Shown: positions 19,637 to 30,615, counted from the stretch's first letter. The stretch is 64,000 nt of DNA from a virus (IMGVR_UViG_3300020463_000001:64001-128000), one strand, 5' to 3'. Notes: generated by a model from the letters alone, not told the origin. Program-made: numbers and translations.

Positions 19637-22600
19637 ATGCCTGTTGCAAGTGGATATAGTATTCAAAGAAATGAAATCATTAATATACCTCATCGTCAGC
19701 AATATGAAACCCATTCTGCTGAAGGTACAAAGAACCAGTTTTTCTTGAGGTCTAAGATTGATTTCGCAAGTAAAGATTGGGAGTGGAGCATCAAAGTTGG
19801 TGGTGTTCGCTATGATTTAGACAGAACAATCTCTCCTGCCTCTGTTACAAATGGAGGAAACTCCCAAAGAAATGCTCAGGGAGTTTCAGCGGCCAGCGGT
19901 ACTGCTTCTGGTAAGACTGACCAAGCAATTTGGGATTCTTCTACGGAAACCTATGCAGAAGGAGATACTGTTTCTGGATCTGGCGCGGTAAAGTTTGATC
20001 AGAGTCTTGGTGTATTCGGGGGCATCGAATTCGCACCAGAGTATACTCCATCCGGCAACGAAATCCTAGAGATTACATATCAAGAACATGAAACTCAATG
20101 GACTGGTTCCAGAGGCGGACTTCTTTTCCAACTTGCAAGTGATATGTGTATCCATCCGTATGATTCTCCAGAGATATTCAAGTATATGGGTTCCGCTAGT
20201 CCAATTGGACTTTCAGAGTCTTTTAGTGAGGACTTTAGTGAGAACCCAGCAACTAACACTGCTCAAGCGATTGAGGATGCTAGAAAAACTGCAAGAACTC
20301 CTAATGCGGTTTACAAACTTATTAGAGAACACTCAGTAACATATTCGGCTGTAGATATATCGGACTCAGATCCGTCCAACATTACTCCAAAAACATTAAC
20401 TAGTGATTTCCCATTTTCTATTGCTGATTTAGGAGACGGAGAATTCCGAGTATCTATTGCAGGAAGAGTTATCCAAGATGAATACTGGTCTGTTGAACAA
20501 AACTCAGATCGTTCTGTAACCATTAAGTTATTGGTTGCTTCTTCTGAATTCAACTGGGTATCTGACGCAAGTTCCGTCGAAGTTATTGTAGGTTTTCACT
20601 GGAAGCATTCACTCGCAGTTCCATTTGGTGCAAAGTTTGGGCCATTCGATCCTGACGGCGGACAAATCACATATACCAACCCGTCTTCTGGAAATAGAGC
20701 AACTATATTATTTTCTGATCTTGTCGATGATACCGATCCAGATAATCCGGTTGCGACTGGACTTAACACTGGTAAAACTCAATCTGCAGACTTAGATTTT
20801 ATCAAGTCAGGAGATCTGTTCCTACTAGAATTCAAAGATGACGAACAGTTTATCCCTGCGTTTAATCTGATTCACCCCAAACCAGTAAGTAATTCCAAAG
20901 AAGATGTTCTTGCTGCACTGAAACAAGTCACTACAAAATTTCTTGTAGAATCCGCAAGAGGAACTGACTTGCTATCAGATGACGAATTGACTCCGATCTC
21001 TACCGATCCAACATCAAATAAGACCAAACCACAAAACTGGAGAATTCGTTTTGAGTATAGTGGTGATGGTGCTCAGATTAAGGTCAATGTTGCAACAGAA
21101 TATCAACTCCTTGATGACATGACAATTACGCAAGGGCAAGGAAGAGATGGTGCGAAATATCCCATCTACAGAGAGCCGGGCGAATTATGTGATGTTTACC
21201 AAGAACCAAGTATTGGTCGAGGTGTTGTCACCAGAATTCAAAAGGCCAAGTCACAATTCTTTACAAGAGTTTCTAAATCTGAGGATGAGGTCGCAAGATC
21301 ATATCCAATGTCATATAGAATGACAGTAACCGACCACGGCATGGGATTGTTCATATTTGACCAAGCGTCAGTAGACCAAGATGATGATTATTCTTGGTTC
21401 GTTGTACAACGTCATGTTGATCAATCTACTGGACAACCAGAATTCTCAGGTAAGTCTCCTGTACACTGTGTATACTCGCCAACAAAACGACCAGTAGAAA
21501 TTAGTGATTTAAACACATATTACTCAACACAAGATGTTGCAGATCTTTCTAAGCCAAGAAATATCTTCGATAGTTTTGGTAGAGAATTAGAAACAGAAGC
21601 TCCTACAATCTTTGTAAATAGAGATCAGAGTTTCTTTAATGACTTTGTGAACGCAATTGACTTCACAGGAACATACGCTATTCCAGAAACTTCTGGTGGT
21701 CAATCGGTGTATAAAGATGAACTAGATGTTGGTTTTATCGGCGGTGCGGATGTCAGTGATGATATCGCAATACTATATTGGAATGATGGAGCAAGCGATC
21801 CCAAACCAATAAATGAATTACAAATTTTAGGATTTGAGAGATTAGGAAGATCTGGACAAGGAACAAATATCGGAAGGGTGGCCAATACTATTGGGCCATT
21901 TGCTACGGCGACAGCACCGTCTGTTTCGATTAATTCTCAAAATGGTGCAAGTTGGCAGACAAACCCAGCACAACAGACTGGAACACAACTTTCTGGAAAC
22001 GTAACATTCCCAGTTTCTGCATTAGAAGCAGTTTCTAATTTTGAAGATGCTACTAGTCAAACTCCGGGCCCGACTGCTACTGCTCCTGCAACTCTTTCAG
22101 ATTGGGACGATCCATCTTATGCACTCTTAGATATCCTCTTCAACGAAGTATCTGCAAACAGAGAAAAGGTATTTGAAAGTTTAGTAGTTGCTCTTGACGG
22201 AGTAGAAATCCTACGAGATCCTAACGCATATGTCCTTACATATGACGAATGGGTACGAAATGGAGATCCATCAACAGTACAAAGATTCTTAGAGGGTCTT
22301 GATAATGCTGGTGTTAAAAATTTTGGAACTAGCTTTAAGTTGCCGGAAAATTCTAGCAATGTCACTGCGAACTTTATCACTAACATTGGGAATGCGAAAA
22401 ACGAATCTAAGAGTACCAGTAGTCAGTCTGGAGACGATTATGATACTGACTTTGTAACTAATATACAAGGTCTAAATACAACAGCCTATCTAGTAATTTC
22501 TACAGATTCTGTTGGGTTGAGAGGTAAATTGCCAGGAGATCCAATCTTCTCAGATTACGGAACATCTCAGCTGAACTTGACTGCAGGGCCCAACAGGTAT

Positions 22601-23308
22601 CTGTATGACTTCTTCAACCAGACTCTGTACTTTAGAGACACACCAAGATCAGGTTCTTCGTTCTCTATGAAGTTGGTGAACTATAACTCATCTACTCCAT
22701 CACAGACCACATACATTGTGACGGTTCCGCCGGATAGAGATCTTCCGGATCGTAACCAAAACTCTGTTAAGACTATCAACAGGTTTATCGTAAGAGAAAG
22801 TGATGTATTGAAACCTTGGGATTATCATACTTCTGCAACAATGCATGAGGCAGATTCTAACTCAATCATCAACCCACAAGAGCAGTTGTCAATCACTCAG
22901 GATAGGGATTTCGTATTTAGTTTCCCAACTCAGTTGACTTCTCAGAGATTCTATTATCCTAGAAGTGAATTAGACTTGATTGCGATTTCTTCTGCTGACT
23001 TCTCTACACAGGCTGGTCACATTGAAATTGACAAGTATTCTGACTCTGACGGAAAGAACGGAACTCTATTTGTTGGCGCTAATCAAGAAGGTATCAATCC
23101 TACTGGAATTTCTGATAGTGCTGGGCCATTTAGGTTTGCAGCGCATACCGGGCCAGACAACAGACAGTACATCTGGAAGAAGAATAAGAGGAAGTATGAA
23201 GGTATGATGAGTACAGAACCAAATGGTAACGGTATGAGAGTGTTCTTACAGGTTACTGGTTCTAGTGTACGTTATAGTGATGTTACCGAAGGTGAAGCTC
23301 CAGCATAA
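19637..23308 (+). CDS. Virion structural protein, paralog family A member 2
   Basis: 1223 aa; same conserved blocks (SYPMSYRMTVTDHG, DDDYSWFVVQRHVD, RFIVRESDVLKPWD, INPQEQLSITQD, NGNGMRV). Confidence 0.7.
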   Translation: MPVASGYSIQRNEIINIPHRQQYETHSAEGTKNQFFLRSKIDFASKDWEWSIKVGGVRYDLDRTISPASVTNGGNSQRNAQGVSAASGTASGKTDQAIWDSSTETYAEGDTVSGSGAVKFDQSLGVFGGIEFAPEYTPSGNEILEITYQEHETQWTGSRGGLLFQLASDMCIHPYDSPEIFKYMGSASPIGLSESFSEDFSENPATNTAQAIEDARKTARTPNAVYKLIREHSVTYSAVDISDSDPSNITPKTLTSDFPFSIADLGDGEFRVSIAGRVIQDEYWSVEQNSDRSVTIKLLVASSEFNWVSDASSVEVIVGFHWKHSLAVPFGAKFGPFDPDGGQITYTNPSSGNRATILFSDLVDDTDPDNPVATGLNTGKTQSADLDFIKSGDLFLLEFKDDEQFIPAFNLIHPKPVSNSKEDVLAALKQVTTKFLVESARGTDLLSDDELTPISTDPTSNKTKPQNWRIRFEYSGDGAQIKVNVATEYQLLDDMTITQGQGRDGAKYPIYREPGELCDVYQEPSIGRGVVTRIQKAKSQFFTRVSKSEDEVARSYPMSYRMTVTDHGMGLFIFDQASVDQDDDYSWFVVQRHVDQSTGQPEFSGKSPVHCVYSPTKRPVEISDLNTYYSTQDVADLSKPRNIFDSFGRELETEAPTIFVNRDQSFFNDFVNAIDFTGTYAIPETSGGQSVYKDELDVGFIGGADVSDDIAILYWNDGASDPKPINELQILGFERLGRSGQGTNIGRVANTIGPFATATAPSVSINSQNGASWQTNPAQQTGTQLSGNVTFPVSALEAVSNFEDATSQTPGPTATAPATLSDWDDPSYALLDILFNEVSANREKVFESLVVALDGVEILRDPNAYVLTYDEWVRNGDPSTVQRFLEGLDNAGVKNFGTSFKLPENSSNVTANFITNIGNAKNESKSTSSQSGDDYDTDFVTNIQGLNTTAYLVISTDSVGLRGKLPGDPIFSDYGTSQLNLTAGPNRYLYDFFNQTLYFRDTPRSGSSFSMKLVNYNSSTPSQTTYIVTVPPDRDLPDRNQNSVKTINRFIVRESDVLKPWDYHTSATMHEADSNSIINPQEQLSITQDRDFVFSFPTQLTSQRFYYPRSELDLIAISSADFSTQAGHIEIDKYSDSDGKNGTLFVGANQEGINPTGISDSAGPFRFAAHTGPDNRQYIWKKNKRKYEGMMSTEPNGNGMRVFLQVTGSSVRYSDVTEGEAPA

Positions 23309-23331
23309 GGAGTTCCCCCTTCGTAATATCT

Positions 23332-23339
23332 CATAAATA
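23332..23339 (+). promoter_or_regulatory. Probable variant late promoter (CATAAATA)
   Basis: One mismatch to consensus, in the intergenic gap before the GAGG RBS of 23356. Confidence 0.5.
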
Positions 23340-23355
23340 ATATAAAGAGGAAAGT

Positions 23356-26300
23356 ATGTCTTCGACTTTGAATTATCCATTTAAGTCTTCCGGATTTTCA
23401 GTACAAAGAAATGAAATACTTACTGTTCAACCTCCTTATTATACTCACCTATTACAAGGAGATGGGACATCAACTTCGTTTCCAGTTTATGCGGAAGAAG
23501 GAAAGAAACCAAATCTGAACTTATCAGACGTTCAGCAGTTTCGCGTGTTTCAAAACTCTGTCAATGGGCCAGAATATAGTTTAGATAATATAACTGGCGA
23601 TTCTTCTTTCTCAAACAACGGCGAATTCTATTATACTCCTCCGCAAACTTCAGATGATTCTGATAACGGAACTATAACATTTAGAACTGCTCCAGCTGGA
23701 GGATTAAAAATTCTAGTTCAATACTTTCCTGTAGTTAACTCAGGAAATGCTGATCCAGCAGGAATTCTTCAGAGTCTTGCGAAAGATTTAACATTACATC
23801 CATATCGAAATGATTTCTCTGAAGCATGGTCATCTAATCAACAGAAGAAATCTACTGCCACCATTAATCTTGCAACTAATTTTGTTGAACAGTCAGGAAC
23901 CATAACAGTAACTGATTCTGATGGGGCCTCAGTCAATTTTGATGCAAATGATGTCGGAAAAAGAATTAGAGAGAAATATGGATCTGGTATGTTTGTGATA
24001 GATTCTGTTACAGATAATGTTGCAAATATAACTGTAGTATCACCAAAGTCCGATTCCTCTACGACTTCTTATACAGAGGGAGAGTGGATGTTAATAATTC
24101 CTAGCTCTGATGTAGAACCTCAAGCATATAATATTATTTATCCGAGAGTACAAGATTCTGATATTACACATCCATCAATAAATTTTGATGGACAACAAGA
24201 TCACACCTCAGTTATGGATTGTATCAGAAGAATCGGGTCTGTATTTGTAGTAGAATCGGAAAAGGGAACAGACATTCTTTCCTCACTAAAAGACATTGAT
24301 TCTTCTAATACATTTATACCTACTACTGCCGTTGCTTCTCAAGTCGCACAGGAAAATCGAACACCACAAAAATGGAGAATGAGATTCTTTTATGATACTA
24401 GAGATGAATACATTCATGTAAATATTGGAACTAAATTTCAAATAATGGACGATGGAGATATATCTCAAACAGTAGGCAGGGATGGCATAACATCTGGCCC
24501 CACAAGAAATCCCGGCGAACTTTCCGATGTATACTATAAGTTTGACGAAAGAGGAAATAAAGCAAAATCTGGTTTTTATAGAAGACAAGGAAAGACTGAT
24601 ACAAATATCGCTGGAAGTTATCCTATATCATATCGACTTACTTGTTCGGATCATGGTACTGCGTTTTTTATCCAAGATCAAGCATCTATAGACGATGATG
24701 ATTATGCATGGTTTGTTGTGCAACGTCATGTCAATAATATTTCTGGTAAAATAGATCTGGAAGACGGAAAGTCTCCCGTTCATTGTGTCTATGCACCCTC
24801 TAAGCGTCCCACAGAGGCGTCCGATTTTAACATGGGTTTCTATGCATCATATTCATCACAAACCTTTGCTAACGGAAAGACAGTCATTGAAACAACAGAT
24901 TTGGGCCCAATCTTTAAAACTGATGGAACTCAACTAACACCAGAGACACCAATACAATTTACCATCGTTACTGACAAAGATCCAGTAGCAGTTTCTTCTG
25001 CAGGAACATCATACTATAGAGGAACAAGTTATAGAATCCCTCCTAGTGATTACGATCCAATTCACGAAATCAATATTGCAGATTATGCTTTGGGTTCTGG
25101 AAACTATGCACTTCCTCTTGGATCTAATTATACTACAAAGGGTGTTTATAACAAACTTATGCCACCCGATGTGGGACTTAATACTGCAGGCGATATGTTG
25201 GGATATCCAATTGGTCAGACAGGAACTCCAACTCCCAACGCACCAACTGATGCGATAGAAACTGCAGATCAGGAATTTGCGGTCATATCTTATGCATCAG
25301 CAGCAACATCTGGTATTCAATTATCTAATCCGGATGGGCTTAAATATGTCCCTAAAAAATTAAATACATTAAGTCTTTCTAGACAAGAACAACTGGGCCC
25401 AGCAGAATCTGGGTTATCTCCATATCAAGTTCAAATTTTCGACATTGATTCTGGGGGAAGTAATGGGTTAGCCGATCTTGTCGAAGGAATAGATTATAAT
25501 ATTGTAAAAGAAAATGATGAATACTGGTACTTTCAATTTGTCACAAAAGATACGGATAATATCATTCCTAATGCATACATATCTGATCTTGTTGAGGGCC
25601 CAAATATGCCCGGCGCAAATTCTTCCAATCCTAAATCTTTATCTAGGATGGGGTGGTATGATTCTTCTGGCATTTTAGTCGAACCAAGAAATGTTCTATT
25701 AAACGGGGCAATCATACCAAGCTCGCATTATACTATTGATCAGGAAATAAACTTCACAGTCAAGGTTGCGGCTTTTAATATTCCGGCAGGGTTCGCCTCT
25801 GCAGATCTTACTTTTGATAATGGAAATAGAACAGCATCTGGAGTATCTGTAACACAGACCGGAACACAAGGAGAGTTTGCAGTTTCTGTAGTAGTTAATG
25901 AATCAGACTCGACACCTTTCCCAATAGGTTCCAGTGTTATTATGGAAGACTCTGGAAACACTTATACGTTTATTGTTGACGAAGTTTCTACAACTATGGT
26001 AATAGATCCGATATTTAAATATGTTAGGGGCGATACTGTAGTACTTGGTAATAGTGATGTACTAGAAATTAAATCTTATTTCAGTCCAGAGAATACAAAG
26101 ATTATTTTATCTTATGTTTGGAATGGGGCTGGTTATCAAAACAAATATATCAATCCATTTGGAGGTTCATCACAAATAAGATCACAAACTCAGATTAAAC
26201 CTCTTTATGAAGTTAATAGGTTAGATGTTTTTGTAAATGGAGTAGAAATTAATTCTTCTCCGTATCCAAATGGGTATTTTATAGAATCTGATGGTGATGT

Positions 26301-27117
26301 AACATTTAGAGATATAAGTTTGAGTTTACAAAACGAATATGTCTACTCTATGCCTCAGGATACAATATATATTAAGAATGATTTAGTGAAGGGAGAACAA
26401 CTCAAATTCTCTTATGAAAATTATAATTCTGCAGAGGAAACGGACTCTTCTGCAGCATCTTATTTGTTGGAAATACCAGAAGATAGAGATATACCAAGTG
26501 CTTGGTCTAATTTGCACAAAGATACAATTGCAATATACAGATTTGTTGTGAGAGAAGATGATGTTCTTAAGCCTTGGGATTTTCATGTGTCTGCGATAAT
26601 TCCACAAATAGATAGTCCAGCTATTATCAACCCACAGGAACAATTGTCAATCACTCAGGATAAGACTTTTGTATTTACATTCCCTTCTCCTTTGACAACT
26701 CAGAAGTTTATCTATCCAAACTCTGAAATGGATTTACTGTGTTATTCTGGTGCAAGTTCATCTACCCTTGGAGGATTCACTAGTATTGGTACTGCAGCGT
26801 CTCCTAAATACGATCTGGATGGAAAACAAGTAAGTCTTGCAACTGACATCACTGGATCTTACAGTCTCGACAACGGAATTGGAGTTGCGCCTAGCGCATC
26901 ATCTGCGGGGGATTATACTTCTGCGAGTGGTGATGTTCTTAACTACAGAGACATATATTCTTGGCACACCGGAACTGACACATCAACAACTTCTGCATCT
27001 AGATCTTATGTGGGTATGCAATCTACACAAAGTTATGGAAACGGCATGAGAATATTCGTTCTAGTAAGAGGTGGGCCAATCAATCCTATATATTCGGATT
27101 TTGTTGTTAGGACTTAA
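23356..27117 (+). CDS. Virion structural protein, paralog family A member 3
   Basis: 1253 aa; SYPISYRLTCSDHG, DDDYAWFVVQRHVN, RFVVREDDVLKPWD, INPQEQLSITQD, YGNGMRI. Confidence 0.7.
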   Translation: MSSTLNYPFKSSGFSVQRNEILTVQPPYYTHLLQGDGTSTSFPVYAEEGKKPNLNLSDVQQFRVFQNSVNGPEYSLDNITGDSSFSNNGEFYYTPPQTSDDSDNGTITFRTAPAGGLKILVQYFPVVNSGNADPAGILQSLAKDLTLHPYRNDFSEAWSSNQQKKSTATINLATNFVEQSGTITVTDSDGASVNFDANDVGKRIREKYGSGMFVIDSVTDNVANITVVSPKSDSSTTSYTEGEWMLIIPSSDVEPQAYNIIYPRVQDSDITHPSINFDGQQDHTSVMDCIRRIGSVFVVESEKGTDILSSLKDIDSSNTFIPTTAVASQVAQENRTPQKWRMRFFYDTRDEYIHVNIGTKFQIMDDGDISQTVGRDGITSGPTRNPGELSDVYYKFDERGNKAKSGFYRRQGKTDTNIAGSYPISYRLTCSDHGTAFFIQDQASIDDDDYAWFVVQRHVNNISGKIDLEDGKSPVHCVYAPSKRPTEASDFNMGFYASYSSQTFANGKTVIETTDLGPIFKTDGTQLTPETPIQFTIVTDKDPVAVSSAGTSYYRGTSYRIPPSDYDPIHEINIADYALGSGNYALPLGSNYTTKGVYNKLMPPDVGLNTAGDMLGYPIGQTGTPTPNAPTDAIETADQEFAVISYASAATSGIQLSNPDGLKYVPKKLNTLSLSRQEQLGPAESGLSPYQVQIFDIDSGGSNGLADLVEGIDYNIVKENDEYWYFQFVTKDTDNIIPNAYISDLVEGPNMPGANSSNPKSLSRMGWYDSSGILVEPRNVLLNGAIIPSSHYTIDQEINFTVKVAAFNIPAGFASADLTFDNGNRTASGVSVTQTGTQGEFAVSVVVNESDSTPFPIGSSVIMEDSGNTYTFIVDEVSTTMVIDPIFKYVRGDTVVLGNSDVLEIKSYFSPENTKIILSYVWNGAGYQNKYINPFGGSSQIRSQTQIKPLYEVNRLDVFVNGVEINSSPYPNGYFIESDGDVTFRDISLSLQNEYVYSMPQDTIYIKNDLVKGEQLKFSYENYNSAEETDSSAASYLLEIPEDRDIPSAWSNLHKDTIAIYRFVVREDDVLKPWDFHVSAIIPQIDSPAIINPQEQLSITQDKTFVFTFPSPLTTQKFIYPNSEMDLLCYSGASSSTLGGFTSIGTAASPKYDLDGKQVSLATDITGSYSLDNGIGVAPSASSAGDYTSASGDVLNYRDIYSWHTGTDTSTTSASRSYVGMQSTQSYGNGMRIFVLVRGGPINPIYSDFVVRT

Positions 27118-27132
27118 ACCTTAATAAATTAT

Positions 27133-27140
27133 CATAAATA
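27133..27140 (+). promoter_or_regulatory. Probable variant late promoter (CATAAATA)
   Basis: One mismatch to consensus, abutting the terminator hairpin. Confidence 0.45.
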
Positions 27141-27166
27141 AAAGGAGGCTTGTGTCTCCTTTTTTT
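27141..27166 (+). terminator. Rho-independent terminator
   Basis: Stem AAAGGAGGC / loop TTGT / GTCTCCTTT (one G-U pair) followed by a T run, just after ORF 23356-27117. Confidence 0.75.
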
Positions 27167-27182
27167 ATATCCAGAGAACCCG

Positions 27183-30100
27183 ATGGCAGATTTTAAAACA
27201 ATATTTTTATTTGAAGATTATGTCGCTACGGAGATTGGCGCACAACCTCAATCTGTCGGATCGAATGAAATTTTAGTTTCCGGCTTGGATGATTCCGTTG
27301 TACTGGTTTTTCAAAATGGATTTATGTATGTTGATGATATTTTCTGGGGAAATATCGTATCCGTACAAAATGGCGATAGGCTACGATTACAAGTTAATCA
27401 TCAAGTTATAAACGAACCAGTAGAATATGAAATACTGGTTCTAGAAAGATCTTCTGGGTTTGTCTTTGAGGTCACTGATTCCTTTACATGGAATGTGGAA
27501 ATAAATGATCCTCTGGCAAATGAACCGGCAAAATTTTCAACACAATCTTCCACCGACGAAAATAATAGAATATCAGACATTCTGACATCTATTGTTGCTT
27601 CGAGTTTATCAGAAGCGATTACTGCGAATAGAAGTTCTGCAACCTCTACATTGGGCCAAATAGAACCAGAATTAATTCTAGAAGTTTTACAAAAGGCTGG
27701 ATTTATAGAAACAGATACTTCTGGAGAAATAGATTTAAATTCTCTAAGTCAAGTATTTGACAGCTTTAGAGAAATTATAAACGATACCTCTAGAAATATT
27801 GTAGAAGATATTTTATCCGACGAAACTCTAATACAACAATTCACTTCAGATGCTGAAGAAAATTTAATAGTAGACATAGAAAATACTTCAGAACAATTAA
27901 AAGAATCATTCACAAATAGATTGAACGAAATGTTTTCTGAAGTATCAGAAACTACTTCCGTACAAACTACAGATACAGATGAAACTCAAGACATTTCTGC
28001 AATAGATTCTACTACTATTGCAGAAGAATCATCAATAACTTCAGAAACGACACAAATAAATGTTTCTGAATTGGTAGAAGAAAAAACACAAACACTGACA
28101 GAAACAAAAGAAGTATTACAATCAATTCAACAATCTGTGGACGAGAGTTCTGATGATGCGGATTTGTCTCAACAGGCGTTTGCAGAATTCTTAGAGTCAA
28201 CTGAAATTAATGATAAAGTTCTTGGAGAACTTTCTGAGTTAATTGATTTACAAGATCCAAAACCAATAGATGAATTAATTGAGAATGTTGAACAATCTAT
28301 ACAAACATTCCAAGATTTACAAGAAATAGAACAATCTAATCCTCAAGTATTTGTAGATATTCAAGAAGCACTAGGAATTAATGTAGATCCACAGTTTGAT
28401 GAAACATTAGATATCATACAAGAAAATACCCAGTTATTTGGTGAGTTGGATGATCTAATACAAACTAATTTACAATTATTCCAAACCTCATTAGAAACCG
28501 ACAGGTTTGAAGCGAAATCTTTCCATGAAATAAGGTCAATAGGTTTCAGAACTATAGATGAATTTAGTGATAGGTTGTTTGCGGAACGATCAGAAATAAT
28601 AGATGTATTGACAAAATTAGTTTCTGAATTTATAGAAGAAGCCCTGATAAAAACCTTAGTCACTGCTGAAGAAGAATTATTAGTCGATGCACTACAGAGA
28701 TTGTTTGGAGAAGAACAAGAATCCTTTGATTTAGAAACTATAAGAAGAACAGAGATAACAGACATAGATGATGTCTTCGCAAAAACTTTAATAGAAGAAC
28801 TAGAAAAACAATCAGAATTTCAATATGATTTAGCAGAGACAACTCTCTTAGATACTCTGGTCAATCTCAATATTGTAAGTTTCGTAGAAACATTCCTAGA
28901 GAATGTTCAAAATCTAATAGAAGATACTGATAAGGTTCAGTTACTAGATCAAACCCTTATATCAGAACTAGAAAATAATTTTGAAAGTTTAATAATAGAA
29001 TCATCTTTTGATGATATAATTGACGAATTGAAGGCCTTAGATTTTACTGAAGATGTCCCAGAGATACAGGATCTATTGAGGTTTGTATCTACAGAAGAAA
29101 GTGAATTTGTAGAAAATATTTTAAGATTATTTGATACCGACGATTCAATCAGTGGCGAATCTATAATAGAAGATGAAACTACCGAGAGTGTCACTGGAGA
29201 AGAATCAAGAGAGGAGGAAACTGACTCTATTGTTTCTGGAGAAGATTCTATAGGAGATGAAACCGACGAAACAATTTCATCATCCGATGTAATAGGAGAC
29301 GAAAGCACTCAGACTGTTACTGGAGAGGAAGAACGCGAAGAAGAATCTGATTCTACTATCTTCGGAGAAGATATTATAGGAGATGAGTCTTCTACCACAA
29401 CAGAAGGTACGGACACTGTTGGAGAAGACACACAATCATCTCAATTAGCAGAAGACGAATTAGGAGAAACTTCTCCAGAGATTGTAAACGCAGAACAAGA
29501 AGTAATAGATACAGGAGATTCTTCAGATGTTTCAGAACAAGAAGTAGTCGATACTGGTGATTCTTCAGATGTTTCAGAGCAGGAAATAGTAGATACTGTT
29601 GCTCCTCCAGATAACGCAGTAGATCCAATATCTGATGTTGGTATATCTTCTGATGAAAGTTTAGAAGAATCCTCCGATACTGTTGCTCCTCCAGATAACG
29701 CAGTGGATCCAATATCTGATGTCGGGTTATCTTCTGATGAAGCAGAAGAAGAAGCATCCGATATATCAGATCCAGCAGATGAAGTATTGGAAGATGCTCC
29801 GGATGTGTCTATATCTCCAGAAGATGCGATAGAAGTTACAGAAGACACTGCGATATCTTCAGATGTCGGTGAGGTAGATCCAAATGACACTGGCGATTCG
29901 GCAGATCTTGGTGAAGTTCAGCCAGATGACACTGGTGATTCCGCTGATGTCGGAGAAGTAGATCCGAGCGACACTGGGGATTCTGCTGATGTCGGAGAAG
30001 TAGATCCGAGCGACACTGGGGATTCTGCTGATGTCGGAGAAGTAGATCCAAATGATACCGGAGACTCTACTGATGTTGGTGAAGTAGATCCAAGCGACAC

Positions 30101-30614
30101 TGGTGATTCTGCTGATGTTGGTGAAGTAGATCCAATAGACACCGGAGACTCTGCTGATGTTGGAACAGAACAACCAACAGATACTGGAGATTCTGCGGAT
30201 GTCGTTGAAGAAACACCTTCTCAAATCGGCGATTCTACCAACGATTTTGAAGAAGACCCATCTATCGTGGGCGATTCTACAGATGTAGTCGAAGACGATC
30301 CAACAAACATAGGAGATTCTTCCGATGATGTTGAAGATGAAGTAAGTGAAATAACAGATGAAGCAGACGAAACTGAAACTGACGCAGGAAATATTAGTGA
30401 TGGTGCTGGTGAATCAGAGACTCCGTTAGACAATGCAGACGACGGACAAGATCCAGATGAGGTGAACGATGACTTTGAAACAAAGGGAATCATACAACTC
30501 CGAGACGGGACGATGACATTTTATAAACTAAGACCATTCAGAATCGCAACTTCTGATCAATTCATTGGGCCATTTATAGATAGACTTGGAATAAGTAGGG
30601 ATATAAGGTTATAA
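27183..30614 (+). CDS. Very acidic repeat-containing hypothetical (probably virion) protein
   Basis: The start is more plausibly the ATG at 27183 (MADFKTIF), since the track's TTG at 27150 lies inside the terminator. Small beta-rich N-domain (SNEILVSGL..VQNGDRLRLQ), long D/E-rich helical region, 14-aa repeats, short basic C-tail. Confidence 0.75.
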   Translation: MADFKTIFLFEDYVATEIGAQPQSVGSNEILVSGLDDSVVLVFQNGFMYVDDIFWGNIVSVQNGDRLRLQVNHQVINEPVEYEILVLERSSGFVFEVTDSFTWNVEINDPLANEPAKFSTQSSTDENNRISDILTSIVASSLSEAITANRSSATSTLGQIEPELILEVLQKAGFIETDTSGEIDLNSLSQVFDSFREIINDTSRNIVEDILSDETLIQQFTSDAEENLIVDIENTSEQLKESFTNRLNEMFSEVSETTSVQTTDTDETQDISAIDSTTIAEESSITSETTQINVSELVEEKTQTLTETKEVLQSIQQSVDESSDDADLSQQAFAEFLESTEINDKVLGELSELIDLQDPKPIDELIENVEQSIQTFQDLQEIEQSNPQVFVDIQEALGINVDPQFDETLDIIQENTQLFGELDDLIQTNLQLFQTSLETDRFEAKSFHEIRSIGFRTIDEFSDRLFAERSEIIDVLTKLVSEFIEEALIKTLVTAEEELLVDALQRLFGEEQESFDLETIRRTEITDIDDVFAKTLIEELEKQSEFQYDLAETTLLDTLVNLNIVSFVETFLENVQNLIEDTDKVQLLDQTLISELENNFESLIIESSFDDIIDELKALDFTEDVPEIQDLLRFVSTEESEFVENILRLFDTDDSISGESIIEDETTESVTGEESREEETDSIVSGEDSIGDETDETISSSDVIGDESTQTVTGEEEREEESDSTIFGEDIIGDESSTTTEGTDTVGEDTQSSQLAEDELGETSPEIVNAEQEVIDTGDSSDVSEQEVVDTGDSSDVSEQEIVDTVAPPDNAVDPISDVGISSDESLEESSDTVAPPDNAVDPISDVGLSSDEAEEEASDISDPADEVLEDAPDVSISPEDAIEVTEDTAISSDVGEVDPNDTGDSADLGEVQPDDTGDSADVGEVDPSDTGDSADVGEVDPSDTGDSADVGEVDPNDTGDSTDVGEVDPSDTGDSADVGEVDPIDTGDSADVGTEQPTDTGDSADVVEETPSQIGDSTNDFEEDPSIVGDSTDVVEDDPTNIGDSSDDVEDEVSEITDEADETETDAGNISDGAGESETPLDNADDGQDPDEVNDDFETKGIIQLRDGTMTFYKLRPFRIATSDQFIGPFIDRLGISRDIRL
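29157..30458 (+). repeat. Coding tandem repeat, 42-bp / 14-aa period, 31 units
   Basis: Units run from ESIIEDETTESVTG to ETPLDNADDGQDPD; 31 x 42 = 1302 bp lands exactly on 30458. The core EVDPSDTGDSADVG units are near-identical, with exact DNA copies at about 29944-30048. Confidence 0.9.
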
Positions 30615-30615
30615 G

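Noticed and set aside
27150-27182. TTG start at 27150 for the acidic protein
   Set aside because: It lies in the terminator loop directly against AGGAGG with no SD spacing; the in-frame ATG at 27183 is more plausible.
29860-30200. 42-bp tandem array as a CRISPR array
   Set aside because: The units are contiguous with no unique spacers, are in frame with synonymous variation, and no cas genes are present.
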